IMG/VR virus record: IMGVR_UViG_3300023174_000067
Location: 70,634-134,633 of that record
From: a virus
Direction: 5' to 3' (one strand)
Length of the DNA stretch: 64,000 nt
Shown here in pieces: positions 40,941 through 51,284 of the stretch. The notes beneath the pieces were generated by a model that saw nothing but the letters and a program-made list of their open reading frames with translations, was not told the origin of the DNA and ran no database searches. Positions within the stretch are counted from its first letter, which is position 1. Each line of letters begins with the position of its first letter. The position numbers and the translations under genes are program-made.

Positions 40941-41381
40941 ATGATTTTAATATCTCACAGAGGAAATACACAGGGTCGTTTGGAATTATATGAAAATCAA
41001 CCTATCTACATTGATAAAGCAATATCCGAAGGGTTTGATGTTGAAATTGATGTTTGGTACATGAACGATACGTTATGGTTAGGTCACGATAAGGCAGACT
41101 ATGATGTTGATTTTAGATGGTTTAGGGACAGGATAACCAAACTTTGGATTCACTGTAAAAATATTGAGTCTGTCGAATTCTTTTCAACAGACTCGTATAA
41201 CTACAATTACTTCTGGCATCAGGAAGATACGTTAACATTAACATCACATAAATACATTTGGGTATTTCCTGGTAAACAACCAGTCAAAAATAGTATTGCC
41301 GTGATGCCAGAATTATTTAATGATAATGTCGATAATTGTATAGGTATATGTTCAGATTTTATTAAAAATTATAAATCTTAA
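40941..41381 (+). CDS. GDPD/PLC-like phosphodiesterase-fold protein
   Basis: ISHRGN, DVEIDVW, LGHD, WIHCKN and GICSD motifs. Confidence 0.7.
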   Translation: MILISHRGNTQGRLELYENQPIYIDKAISEGFDVEIDVWYMNDTLWLGHDKADYDVDFRWFRDRITKLWIHCKNIESVEFFSTDSYNYNYFWHQEDTLTLTSHKYIWVFPGKQPVKNSIAVMPELFNDNVDNCIGICSDFIKNYKS

Positions 41382-41392
41382 AAAATAAAAAT

Positions 41393-42151
41393 ATGACAGA
41401 AAGAAAAAAAAGAGGTAGTTCTCAACCACAAAAAGAAAAAGAGAGCGAATATAAACCAACCTTAACTAAAAAAGAACAAATACTTCAAATAATAAAGAAA
41501 AAACCAAAAGAAAAATTTTTATCTGAAAGTCAAAAAATATATTATGAAACTTTAACAAATAACCAAATTACAATTGGTGTAGGTCCTGCAGGGGTTGGTA
41601 AAAGTTATATCGCAATGAAAGCTGCATTAGATTTATTAGCCGACTCAAGTAATACCTATGAAAAAATTATTATTGTGAGACCCGCTGTTGAGGCCGAAGA
41701 AAAGTTAGGTTCTTTACCAGGAAATGTTGAAGAAAAGTTAGACCCTTATATTTTTCCATCTTATTATTTAATGAATAAAATAATAGGAAAAGAAGCTAGA
41801 GAAAAACTTAAAGATATTGATGTAATTGAAGTTTTTGCGTTGGCTTATATGAGAGGTATGAATATTGATAACTCAATATTATTATTTGAGGAGGCTCAAA
41901 ACTCAACACCAAATCAAATGAAATTATTGTTAACTAGAATTGGTTTTAATAGTAAGTTTTTTATTTCTGGTGACTTAGAACAATTTGACAGACATAAAGA
42001 TAAAACTCAAACAGGTCTTTGGGACGCCATGAAAAAACATGGTAAAACAGAAGATGTTGGGATTTTTCAATTTAAAGATGAGGATATTGTTAGGAATCCA
42101 CTAATTACTAAACTTTTAAAAAATTACGAAAATAATGAGAATAGGGATTGA
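41393..42151 (+). CDS. phoH: PhoH-family ATPase
   Basis: GPAGVGKS, RPAVE, LGSLPG, YMRG, EAQN, LTRIG, GDLEQ.D and IVRNP motifs. Confidence 0.93.
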   Translation: MTERKKRGSSQPQKEKESEYKPTLTKKEQILQIIKKKPKEKFLSESQKIYYETLTNNQITIGVGPAGVGKSYIAMKAALDLLADSSNTYEKIIIVRPAVEAEEKLGSLPGNVEEKLDPYIFPSYYLMNKIIGKEAREKLKDIDVIEVFALAYMRGMNIDNSILLFEEAQNSTPNQMKLLLTRIGFNSKFFISGDLEQFDRHKDKTQTGLWDAMKKHGKTEDVGIFQFKDEDIVRNPLITKLLKNYENNENRD

Positions 42152-42731
42152 AATTAATGGAGTATTAAGAAATACTATAGATAAGGTTGAAAAAACATAT
42201 CAAAAATTTATGATAGATATGACGGATGGTATTGAGGATGATAATTCTTTTAAATATGAAATAAAAAAACCTATAGATAGTTTAAATCTAAAAGAACATT
42301 TTACATTTCCTGAAGAAAGAGATTTTTTTTCTTTTCTATATGAAGAATTTCCTATGGAGATTTTTGGTCATGCTCAATCATTAGAATATGCAACATTTAA
42401 TGACTTAAATGATTTTTATTTAGAGTATAGAGATAATTTAGATATCTTGATAGTATCCGATGAAATTGGAAAATCAAAACCCGCATCATTATTTTTTCTA
42501 TCAAAATTCGGTTGTTTAATTGAAAAAATAAAATTTTATAATAATTTGACAATAAAATCAATGTGGAATGAAATAGACATTTTACTTACGTCCAATCCTG
42601 ACTTATTATTAGATTATCCAACTAATAAAATTATTATAAAATATAATACAGATTATAATAAAGATATTAAGTCAGAACATGAAATAAGCTCAATTAAAGA
42701 ACTTAAAGATAAAATAAAACAAATATTGTAA
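42135..42731 (+). CDS. HAD-like 5'-nucleotidase homologue with degenerate catalytic motif
   Basis: MRIGIEINGVLRN aligns to the I.ID.DGVL HAD motif I, with D replaced by E and N. Confidence 0.5.
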   Translation: MRIGIEINGVLRNTIDKVEKTYQKFMIDMTDGIEDDNSFKYEIKKPIDSLNLKEHFTFPEERDFFSFLYEEFPMEIFGHAQSLEYATFNDLNDFYLEYRDNLDILIVSDEIGKSKPASLFFLSKFGCLIEKIKFYNNLTIKSMWNEIDILLTSNPDLLLDYPTNKIIIKYNTDYNKDIKSEHEISSIKELKDKIKQIL

Positions 42732-42733
42732 TA

Positions 42734-43012
42734 ATGATGTTAAAAATTATGGGAGAACACTATTTTCTCGATTTAGACAAAATAGACGACTATATACAAA
42801 TTAAATCTGATATTCCTCCTACAGGGTCAACAATGGAATACAGTATAAGTGTTGTAAAATATGAAACAATAAAATTAATGTTAGAAGTTTTAATGGGTGA
42901 AAATGAGGAAATTGATGATGCGTTGGGTTCCAAAGGAACAAATCAATTATCAATACCATTTAAACTAGCTTTTAACACATTAGTAAGCAAAAATTTAATA
43001 AAATCATACTAA
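42734..43012 (+). CDS. Hypothetical protein
   Basis: 92 aa ORF in the operon. Confidence 0.6.
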   Translation: MMLKIMGEHYFLDLDKIDDYIQIKSDIPPTGSTMEYSISVVKYETIKLMLEVLMGENEEIDDALGSKGTNQLSIPFKLAFNTLVSKNLIKSY

Positions 43013-43016
43013 AATT

Positions 43017-44072
43017 ATGGAACAAGAAAACGTATTAAAATTAGAGAAATCTATTGAGAATTTAAAATCCAAAAATGTAAGGATTTATTTATTCGCACAA
43101 GACACTAAAGGAAATCCTAAAGCAGGTATTAGGTACATTTATCAATTAGCAATGTCTTTAAAGAAAAGTGGTTATAATCCTATCATATTACATGAAAAAC
43201 CAGATTATACTGGAGTTTCAGAGTGGTTAGGTGGTGACTACATGAAGGAATTACCTCACAAATCAATTGAAGGTCAAAATTTAGAAGTATCTCCTGAAGA
43301 TATTATTATTATACCTGAAATTTTTGCCTTCGTTATGGACCAAATTAAAGATTTACCATGTGCAAAAATTGTATTGTGTCAGGCTTATGACCACATGATG
43401 GAAACATTACAACCTGGATTTGGTTGGGCTAATTATGGATTTTTTAAATGTATTACAACTTCAGATTTTCAAAAAGATTATATCTCAACAGTTATGAGAA
43501 ATACATCTATTGATGTTCTAAAACCATTTATTCCTGAAGTTTTTAGTAAGTCAAAATATCCTGCAAAACCAATTGTTGCGGTTCACACTAGAGACCAAAG
43601 AAAGGCTCTTAATTTCATAAAAACATTTTATTTAAAATTTCCACAATATAGATGGATTACTTTTAGAGATATGAGAGGATTATCACAAGATGATTTTGCA
43701 ACATATTTAAAAGATTGTTTTTTAAGTATTTGGATTGACGAAACAAGTGGATTTGGAACATATCCTTTAGAATCAATGAAGTCAGGAGTTCCTGTTATTG
43801 GTAGAGTACCTTTGTTATTCCCACATTGGATTAATCAAGAAAATGGTATTTGGATTAACGAAGAAAATAAAATGACGGATTTTACGGCAGATTTTATACA
43901 AAATTGGTTAGAAGATAATATTAAACCAGATTTATATGAAACTATGGATAAAACAGTTTCTGAACTATCTTCAGAAGAAGATTTTGATAAAACTGTTAAT
44001 GAATTATTTTCAGATTATTTATCAACAAGAGAAATTTCATTTACAGAACAACTAAACAAATTAAAAAATTAA
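43017..44072 (+). CDS. GT-B (GT4-like) glycosyltransferase
   Basis: G...IYQ.A..L...G, IIIPE and SGFGTYPLESMKSGVPVIG (E-x7-E-like donor motif). Confidence 0.7.
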   Translation: MEQENVLKLEKSIENLKSKNVRIYLFAQDTKGNPKAGIRYIYQLAMSLKKSGYNPIILHEKPDYTGVSEWLGGDYMKELPHKSIEGQNLEVSPEDIIIIPEIFAFVMDQIKDLPCAKIVLCQAYDHMMETLQPGFGWANYGFFKCITTSDFQKDYISTVMRNTSIDVLKPFIPEVFSKSKYPAKPIVAVHTRDQRKALNFIKTFYLKFPQYRWITFRDMRGLSQDDFATYLKDCFLSIWIDETSGFGTYPLESMKSGVPVIGRVPLLFPHWINQENGIWINEENKMTDFTADFIQNWLEDNIKPDLYETMDKTVSELSSEEDFDKTVNELFSDYLSTREISFTEQLNKLKN

Positions 44073-44079
44073 TATTAAT

Positions 44080-44883
44080 ATGGAAAATAAATTTGATGTA
44101 TCGGTAATATTACCAATTAAAACCGCAACCGCTAAAGATTTTAGCGATTTATTTATGAAAGCAATCGAGTCTTTAAAAACTCAAAAAACAGAAATCAATG
44201 AATTAGTCATTGTCCATACTGATGAAGAAATTTTAGTGAACTTTTTAAACGAATTTGATTTTGGTCAGTTAAATGTTGTCAAATTAATTTGGAAAGAAGA
44301 ACCTAATTTTTGTACTCAGATTAATTTTGGAATTAGTAACGCAAAATCTAAATGGGTTTCTATTTTTGAATTTGATGACGAATATTCAAGCATTTGGTTT
44401 AATAACGCTAAAAAATATTCTGAGATTTATAAAGACGTTCAAGCCTTTTTACCTATAGTGATTGATGTTGATAATAAAGGAGCGTTTGCAGGATTTACTA
44501 ATGAAGCTACCTTCGCCGCTAATTTTAGTCAAGAAATGGGATTTTTAACTAACGAAACTTTACATGATTTTCAAAATTTTCAAACTTCAGGTATGGTAGT
44601 TAAAAAAGAAACTATAGAAGAATTTGGCGGATTTAAACCAGGATTTAAACTGACATTTGTATATGAATTATTATTAAGACTAACATTTAACTCTGTAAAA
44701 ATTATGACAATTCCTAGAATAGGATATAAACACATTAACCTCAGAGAGGGGTCTATCTTTTGGAATTATAAAAATGGTTCTGAAATTTTAACAGAAGGAG
44801 AAGTTAGATTTTGGATTGAATCAGCCAAAAAAGAATATTTCTTCAAAGAAGAAAGACCAATAAAATATGAATCATCAATTTAA
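44080..44883 (+). CDS. GT2-like glycosyltransferase
   Basis: VSVILPI, N.GI..A...WV...EFDD and FGGF motifs. Confidence 0.65.
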   Translation: MENKFDVSVILPIKTATAKDFSDLFMKAIESLKTQKTEINELVIVHTDEEILVNFLNEFDFGQLNVVKLIWKEEPNFCTQINFGISNAKSKWVSIFEFDDEYSSIWFNNAKKYSEIYKDVQAFLPIVIDVDNKGAFAGFTNEATFAANFSQEMGFLTNETLHDFQNFQTSGMVVKKETIEEFGGFKPGFKLTFVYELLLRLTFNSVKIMTIPRIGYKHINLREGSIFWNYKNGSEILTEGEVRFWIESAKKEYFFKEERPIKYESSI

Positions 44884-45641
44884 TGGAATTATTATCTTCA
44901 AACTCAGGTGTTTCTGAAAATAATGTTATTGATTTAAAAAAAAGAGGTCGAAAAGCAAAACAAGAAAATTATTTTGATGTTCGAGAAGAAAATGCAGTCA
45001 GACTTTTTTTAGTTGAAACTTCTTTAGATGTAAGAAATAAAATTTATAACGAATTTTTACGAGACCCACTAGATAAAATGATATCGTCTATTATTAGGCG
45101 GTATAAACTATACCGAAAAGATATGGATTTTGGAGAAATTCATGTCGATACTCATTCATTTTTAATGACAAAAATTGATAAGTTTAAACCTTCTAAAGAA
45201 AAGAAGGCTTATTCTTATTTTGGTACCATATGTAAAAATTATTTGATGGGTCAAATAATTAAAGACCAAAAAGAATTAAATCGAAAAGTTTCATATGAGG
45301 ATATATCAAGTTCATTAGAAGAGAATATAAAATTCTCGTATTCGATGGAAACAGATGTTGTTGATTCTGAATATATTATAAATAAATTCAAGAAAGAATT
45401 AAAAGAATTTATTTCTGAACAACAATTAAATGATAATGAAAAAAAATTAGGTATTGCACTATTAGAGTTATTTGATAATTATGAAACCATATTCATGGGT
45501 GCCGACAATAATAAATTCAATAAAAATGTTATACTACTTTCATTAAGAGAAATGACTAATTTAAGTACCAAAGAAATTAGAAATTCTATGAAAAAATATA
45601 AAAAGTTATATTCTTTCATATTAGGTAATACCTTAAAATAA
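44883..45641 (+). CDS. Phage RNA polymerase sigma factor (gp55-like late sigma)
   Basis: IDKFKPSKEKKAYSYFGTICKNYL corresponds to the sigma region 2 FDP.K...F.YF..I..N segment of gp55-like factors. Confidence 0.7.
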   Translation: MELLSSNSGVSENNVIDLKKRGRKAKQENYFDVREENAVRLFLVETSLDVRNKIYNEFLRDPLDKMISSIIRRYKLYRKDMDFGEIHVDTHSFLMTKIDKFKPSKEKKAYSYFGTICKNYLMGQIIKDQKELNRKVSYEDISSSLEENIKFSYSMETDVVDSEYIINKFKKELKEFISEQQLNDNEKKLGIALLELFDNYETIFMGADNNKFNKNVILLSLREMTNLSTKEIRNSMKKYKKLYSFILGNTLK

Positions 45642-45666
45642 TTAGAGAACCAATATTTATACTATT

Positions 45667-46029
45667 ATGAGTAGACCTAAGAAAAAAGAAATAAAATTTA
45701 CAAAAGATTCAATACTTTCATTATTACAAGAAGTGTATAATGAAATTGTTGAGCAAAGAAATACTGCAATTAGAATTCAAAATAAAATGTTGTCAATGAT
45801 GAAGGACCCTGAAGACATGCAAACAATAGGTCCTGTTATTAAAGAACAACAAAAAATAATTAACGATTGTGTTGAAAAAAAATTAAGTCTCTCTAAATTA
45901 CAATCCTCAATTTGGGAAAAAACTTCAAACGAAAAAGAAGATTTTACTTTGGGTGATTTAGACGATGATTTAGTTCAATCAATAATCAATAGGGATGTTG
46001 AAAAAACAGACCAAACTTACAAAATGTAA
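45667..46029 (+). CDS. Hypothetical coiled-coil protein
   Basis: 120 aa; TATTTAT at 45654-45660. Confidence 0.6.
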   Translation: MSRPKKKEIKFTKDSILSLLQEVYNEIVEQRNTAIRIQNKMLSMMKDPEDMQTIGPVIKEQQKIINDCVEKKLSLSKLQSSIWEKTSNEKEDFTLGDLDDDLVQSIINRDVEKTDQTYKM

Positions 46030-46034
46030 TTTAA

Positions 46035-47945
46035 ATGGCTGAAGGTGCTTTAGACTTATCGAATGCTCTCAATTCTATAGATGATAAAATAAAATCATCT
46101 AGAACTTTTGTTCAAGTAAAACAAGACTCTAAGAAATTACAACAAGATATAAAAAATAATTTAGAACAGGCAAAAGATAAAACAACTACCTCTGTTAATA
46201 AATTAAAAGACCAAAAAAAAAGATATCAAAGGCAAGTTAAAAGTCAAATAGATAATTTATTATCTATCATTCAATTTAATATGGGTAGTGGCCCATCTAC
46301 AATGAATTATATAAAATCTAAATTCATTGAAATAGGTATTAGAATAGGTCCAAAAATTTCGCCAATTTTATTAGAAGAAAGTATTAAAGCTTTAGGTTGT
46401 TCTCAACAACAAGCATACGATACTTCTCAAGCAATTTATATTAAGGTAAAAAGTACTGATTTACAAAACTTACTAAAAAGAAATCCGAGTGAACCTGTTG
46501 CGGCTGTGGCATATGAAAAAACCCCTCCCGCACCTGGAGCATTACCTTATAGTATGAATAGAGAAATGTGGGATAGATTACAACAAGTAAACACTCCTGT
46601 TGATTTTTATGGTGCATCTGCACAAAAATTATTTGAAATTTCTTATGTACAACAAGATGGGAACGGGGTTTCTGGCGACTTTTACAAAATAGTATTGGCA
46701 AATAAAATTACAGGAATTAACACAGTTTTTGATTTTTTAGTTGATTATTATTCAGCAATTAAAATTGTTGATATTAGTAATTTATTTCAACAACTAATGG
46801 ATTTAATTTGTGGAGCAATGTCAATTGAGGCTAACATTGGTACTGGAGAAATTGATATTAAAAATAAATTTGCATTATTAATTCAAAGAATTCTTGGCTT
46901 ATGTTTTGATAGTAAAAAAGAAATTGACGTAACGGGTAATTCTAAAGTTGCGGAATTAGATGGTATTGATGAATCTTTTTTTGATTTTACAGATATTGAT
47001 TTAAGATATATTGACCAAATTACATCAGACATTAAATTAGGTGTTGTAGAATTTGAAGAATGTCAAACAGTAAAACTACCTGTTGATAGTACTGCAATTC
47101 TTAATGGTTTATTGAAATTTAATGATGCTAAAGATATTGACGCAGAAAAGAAAATTGCAAACAGTTTAATAGATTTATTAACTGATAATCCTACGTGGAA
47201 ATTAAAAATCCCTAATTCTGTTGATATTAAATTGGCAGGAGATTTGAGTTTTTTAACAAACTTACCAAAGGCTATTATGTTGGCATTATTATCACCTAAA
47301 GTGGTTTTACCGTTATTAATAATGGCGAAAGCTATTGGTCAATTAGTTGGTGATACCATTAATTCATTATTAGATTTTATTAAGGTTTTTAAAACTTATG
47401 TTATCGCATTAATGTCTAAAATTGGTGGAATCTTTGTTAAAGAATTGTTTGAAATAATTAAAAAAGATATTAAACAATTGATGTCAGATATTATTGCTGA
47501 TATAATGAAAGAGAAGGCTGCAAAAAGAATATATATGATTTTAAGATTAATTGAATTAATCTTATTGATTGCGAGATTTATTGATGACTGGCGAAAATGT
47601 AAAAGCGTTCTTGATGAGATATTAGCTATTTTAAAATCAATTAGTGGTATGATTGGGATGTCTTTACCTCCTTTTTTAGTTGCCGCATCTGAAGCATTAC
47701 CTGGTGCGTCAGCATCTAGAGGTTTTATGAATGCTATTGAGGAGTTTCAAAAATTAGGGTTACCAACAGGTCAAATGCCTGATGGAAGTCCAAATTTAAT
47801 GTTACAATCTGTTTTTTCAGGAATGAAGGGGGCTCAAAAAGAAGAAGATGAAAATGGTAAAGTACAAGTATTTATTAAACCATTAACAATAACGCCAGCG
47901 GGAATTACAATTCCATCAGGAGACATGTACGGTAAAAAAATGTAA
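46035..47945 (+). CDS. Hypothetical large late protein (possibly baseplate-associated)
   Basis: 636 aa, helical, with hydrophobic segments; upstream of the gp5-like gene. Confidence 0.5.
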   Translation: MAEGALDLSNALNSIDDKIKSSRTFVQVKQDSKKLQQDIKNNLEQAKDKTTTSVNKLKDQKKRYQRQVKSQIDNLLSIIQFNMGSGPSTMNYIKSKFIEIGIRIGPKISPILLEESIKALGCSQQQAYDTSQAIYIKVKSTDLQNLLKRNPSEPVAAVAYEKTPPAPGALPYSMNREMWDRLQQVNTPVDFYGASAQKLFEISYVQQDGNGVSGDFYKIVLANKITGINTVFDFLVDYYSAIKIVDISNLFQQLMDLICGAMSIEANIGTGEIDIKNKFALLIQRILGLCFDSKKEIDVTGNSKVAELDGIDESFFDFTDIDLRYIDQITSDIKLGVVEFEECQTVKLPVDSTAILNGLLKFNDAKDIDAEKKIANSLIDLLTDNPTWKLKIPNSVDIKLAGDLSFLTNLPKAIMLALLSPKVVLPLLIMAKAIGQLVGDTINSLLDFIKVFKTYVIALMSKIGGIFVKELFEIIKKDIKQLMSDIIADIMKEKAAKRIYMILRLIELILLIARFIDDWRKCKSVLDEILAILKSISGMIGMSLPPFLVAASEALPGASASRGFMNAIEEFQKLGLPTGQMPDGSPNLMLQSVFSGMKGAQKEEDENGKVQVFIKPLTITPAGITIPSGDMYGKKM

Positions 47946-47946
47946 T

Positions 47947-48150
47947 ATGGAACCAATTGAAGTAGTGCGTAACACAATAAAAAGTTTAAATGAAAGTACA
48001 AATAAAGAATTACTAATTTCTTTAGAATACTTAAATAATGATTTTGAACAAACAAAATCGTCAATAATAAATCTCACAAAACATTTAGATAATACTGAGA
48101 TTGTTTATAATAAAATTTTAGAAGAGTATAAAAAAAGAACTAATGGCTGA
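47947..48150 (+). CDS. Hypothetical protein
   Basis: 67 aa, translationally coupled on both sides. Confidence 0.55.
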   Translation: MEPIEVVRNTIKSLNESTNKELLISLEYLNNDFEQTKSSIINLTKHLDNTEIVYNKILEEYKKRTNG

Positions 48151-49747
48151 TAATATGATGAAACCTACAATTCCTATCACAACCAATAATTTAGACAATA
48201 AATATATTTGGTCGGCCAGAGTTTTAGATAATCAAGACCCATTAATGTTAAATAGAATTAGGGTTTATTTTGATACTCAAATAGATGGAAGAAATAATCA
48301 ATCTATATTAGATTCTGTACCTGATAGAATTAATAATAAAAATACTAAAACTGACGATAAAACAGATTTAATACCTGAATTTAAGTGGTCTAAATTTGAC
48401 CCATTTTGTTTTTTACCGTTATTACCAATTTTTTTAAAGGTAACACCAAAAAAAGGAGAATACGTAAATATACTTTGGCCAAATCCAAATAATAAATTTT
48501 CAGAACAATATTACATACAAGGAACTTTCTCATCACCTTTAACTGTTTTTAATGAGGACTCTCAATCATCTAGAATGTTTGCAACTAGAGATAGAATAAC
48601 AAATTCAAAACTATTAAGAAATCCTGACAATTATGATTATTACTACAAACCAACAAAAGGTGTTTTTGCAGAACCTGACGATATTTCAATCATTGGTAGA
48701 GGAACTTGTGATATAATTATTAAAAATAATGATTTATTATTAAGAGCAGGAAGAAGTACTAAAAATCCTAATAATAGAAATGTTAATATATCCGCCAAAA
48801 AAAATAGAAGTTTTATTCAGTTATCTGATTTTAATAATAGAGTTATTGACTTAGGAACAAGAGATGTAAATAGGGTTGAACAAAATGTTCAATATGTTAA
48901 AACTTTAATTGAATGGAACATAATTAATCCTGAAAATCAATTTGATAAATTTTGGTTAGAAATATTTTTATATAGATTACCACAAAAAAAAGAATATACA
49001 ACAACTAATTTACAAAAAGACACTGTTGTTGATAATTCGGATAAAACATTAGTTACTTACGTTTCTTTTTCTGCATCATCCTCTAATGACGTAGTTAATT
49101 ATGTTAATACATTTATTAGACAAGTTAATGATGGTGAAATTAATATGTCTCCATTCCCAATAACTCCAATTAGTAATCAATTTCCTTGTGTATTTAAACC
49201 ATCTTCTTTAACTTACAGATGGATTAAAGATTCGAGCGGAGGAACATCCTCACAACAATATCTTAATGTTTCAAATATTGCAAATCAGATATTTTTTAAA
49301 GGAGAAAAACATGGATTTGGTTTAATTTTTTCTAGAAATATTGTGGGACAACAATTGGCAGTTAAAAAAGAAATATTAAAAGAATACGACTACCAATCAA
49401 CACCAACAACTTATAATATATTAGGTGGTGATAAATTATTGTTATTATCTCACGAATCTAAAATACCAAGTAAAGGTCAGATAGTTTTAAATACTGATAC
49501 CATATCAGGTATTGGACAAGATTATTTAGTTCAAAATGTTTTATCTAATACAGACCCAATGGTTAGAGGAGATGAATTAATGAAATTTTTAAATTTAGTT
49601 GTTAGATTTTTAACCACTCACGTACATGCTTTTCCAGGTTTACCACCAGTTCCTGTTTCAAGTGATGGTACATCTGCGGCACAAATATTAGTCGATTTAC
49701 AAAACGCCTCAAACACAATTCTTAATCAAAATCTTAGAATTAACTAA
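48143..49747 (+). CDS. Baseplate hub/central spike protein (gp5/gpV-like)
   Basis: ARVLDNQDPLMLNRIRV and PLLP...PKKGE.V (OB-fold start); C-terminal HVH metal-binding apex. Confidence 0.7.
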   Translation: MADNMMKPTIPITTNNLDNKYIWSARVLDNQDPLMLNRIRVYFDTQIDGRNNQSILDSVPDRINNKNTKTDDKTDLIPEFKWSKFDPFCFLPLLPIFLKVTPKKGEYVNILWPNPNNKFSEQYYIQGTFSSPLTVFNEDSQSSRMFATRDRITNSKLLRNPDNYDYYYKPTKGVFAEPDDISIIGRGTCDIIIKNNDLLLRAGRSTKNPNNRNVNISAKKNRSFIQLSDFNNRVIDLGTRDVNRVEQNVQYVKTLIEWNIINPENQFDKFWLEIFLYRLPQKKEYTTTNLQKDTVVDNSDKTLVTYVSFSASSSNDVVNYVNTFIRQVNDGEINMSPFPITPISNQFPCVFKPSSLTYRWIKDSSGGTSSQQYLNVSNIANQIFFKGEKHGFGLIFSRNIVGQQLAVKKEILKEYDYQSTPTTYNILGGDKLLLLSHESKIPSKGQIVLNTDTISGIGQDYLVQNVLSNTDPMVRGDELMKFLNLVVRFLTTHVHAFPGLPPVPVSSDGTSAAQILVDLQNASNTILNQNLRIN

Positions 49748-49777
49748 AATATAGATATTTATTGTTAAACACAATTA

Positions 49778-51283
49778 ATGTCGATACATAGGTCATATTT
49801 TAGTAAAAACAATACAATAGTATCTAATAATTCAGTTAATACTGGTAAAAATCCCGTAACCGATATATTTTATGGTTCTGATAGAACTTCAATATCTAAA
49901 AGTGGATATAGTAGATTTATATTTGATTTAGATTTAACTACGCTTATGGATAAGATTAATAATAATGTTATACCAACAAACTGTAGTGATAATATAACCC
50001 ATAATTTAACTATGACAAATACAATTCGTTTTGATGAAGATTTGTTAAATAGTTACAATTCAGATGAAAGAAAAAGAGCTAGTTCTTTTGACTTAATTTT
50101 ATTTAGGATTCCTAAAAAGGATATAGACGAGGGAGATTCTCAAAATTGGGACGAGGGAGTCGGGTATGATTACACATCAGGTGCTTTGAATGCCTTTAAC
50201 GGTAATTTAGTGTATAGTCAACCATTCACCGATAATACATATTCAGAAAGACCCTCAAATTGGTTTTCAAGTACCAATTTGGATTATTGGAGTCAGGAAG
50301 GGATTTATGATAATTTAAATAATGGTTTTATAAATTATGATGATTTAGTTAATTACGGATTAATTGTTGATATTCAACATTTTGAAAATGGAAATGAAGA
50401 TATTAATTTTAACATGACAAACGAAATTAATGATATGTTAAATGGAGTTATAACCGATTTAACAGGATGGGGAATTGCTTATAGACCTGAATTTGAATTA
50501 GTAACTGGGTTGACTTCTAATTATTCAGTGTCATTTTTTACAAGACATACTCAAACATTTTACGAACCATTTTTACAAACAACATATAATGACTTAGTTG
50601 AAGATGATAGAAATTTATTTGTTGAAAAAGTAAGAAATAAACTATACTTATTCGTTTATATTGATGGTGATTATGTTAATCTTGATAACAATCCTACTGT
50701 GACGATTTACGACCCTAATGGTGACCCGATACCTACTTTAACTAATCTACCTACATGTGCGAAGAGTAAAGGAGTTTACGAGGTTGAAATACCCCCTATT
50801 AGCGGATATAAAACACCTTGTCAGTTTAACGATGTATGGTCTAATATTAAATTAAATGGAACAACACTATCTGATATTGAAAATGAGTTCACATTACGAC
50901 CATATAATAACAGATTAGTTATTGGTACACAATCTAAAGAACCTGAGATTTTTGGGTTTGATTTTTACGGAATCAAACAAGATGAAAAAATATTGAATAC
51001 TGACATGAGAAAAGTTGGTGTGGTTATAAAAAAAGCATATACTACAAAACATCTTTTAGAAAACATAAGTGCATTTTATAGAGTATATGTTAGAGAAGGT
51101 AATACTGAAGTACAAGTTCAGGATTGGACTAAAATAAATAGAAGTTCAAATGAGTATTATTTTATGTTTGACACTGTCGATAAAATTCCTAATGAATATT
51201 TTATAGACATTAAAGTTAACACTAGTGGAGAACGAGATACTTATAAAAGAACTATAAAATTCCAAATCGTAAATAAAAAATAA
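49778..51283 (+). CDS. Putative structural (baseplate/tail) protein
   Basis: SRFIFDLD, WDEGVG and Ig-like C-terminus; TATTTAT at 49756-49762. Confidence 0.55.
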   Translation: MSIHRSYFSKNNTIVSNNSVNTGKNPVTDIFYGSDRTSISKSGYSRFIFDLDLTTLMDKINNNVIPTNCSDNITHNLTMTNTIRFDEDLLNSYNSDERKRASSFDLILFRIPKKDIDEGDSQNWDEGVGYDYTSGALNAFNGNLVYSQPFTDNTYSERPSNWFSSTNLDYWSQEGIYDNLNNGFINYDDLVNYGLIVDIQHFENGNEDINFNMTNEINDMLNGVITDLTGWGIAYRPEFELVTGLTSNYSVSFFTRHTQTFYEPFLQTTYNDLVEDDRNLFVEKVRNKLYLFVYIDGDYVNLDNNPTVTIYDPNGDPIPTLTNLPTCAKSKGVYEVEIPPISGYKTPCQFNDVWSNIKLNGTTLSDIENEFTLRPYNNRLVIGTQSKEPEIFGFDFYGIKQDEKILNTDMRKVGVVIKKAYTTKHLLENISAFYRVYVREGNTEVQVQDWTKINRSSNEYYFMFDTVDKIPNEYFIDIKVNTSGERDTYKRTIKFQIVNKK

Positions 51284-51284
51284 T

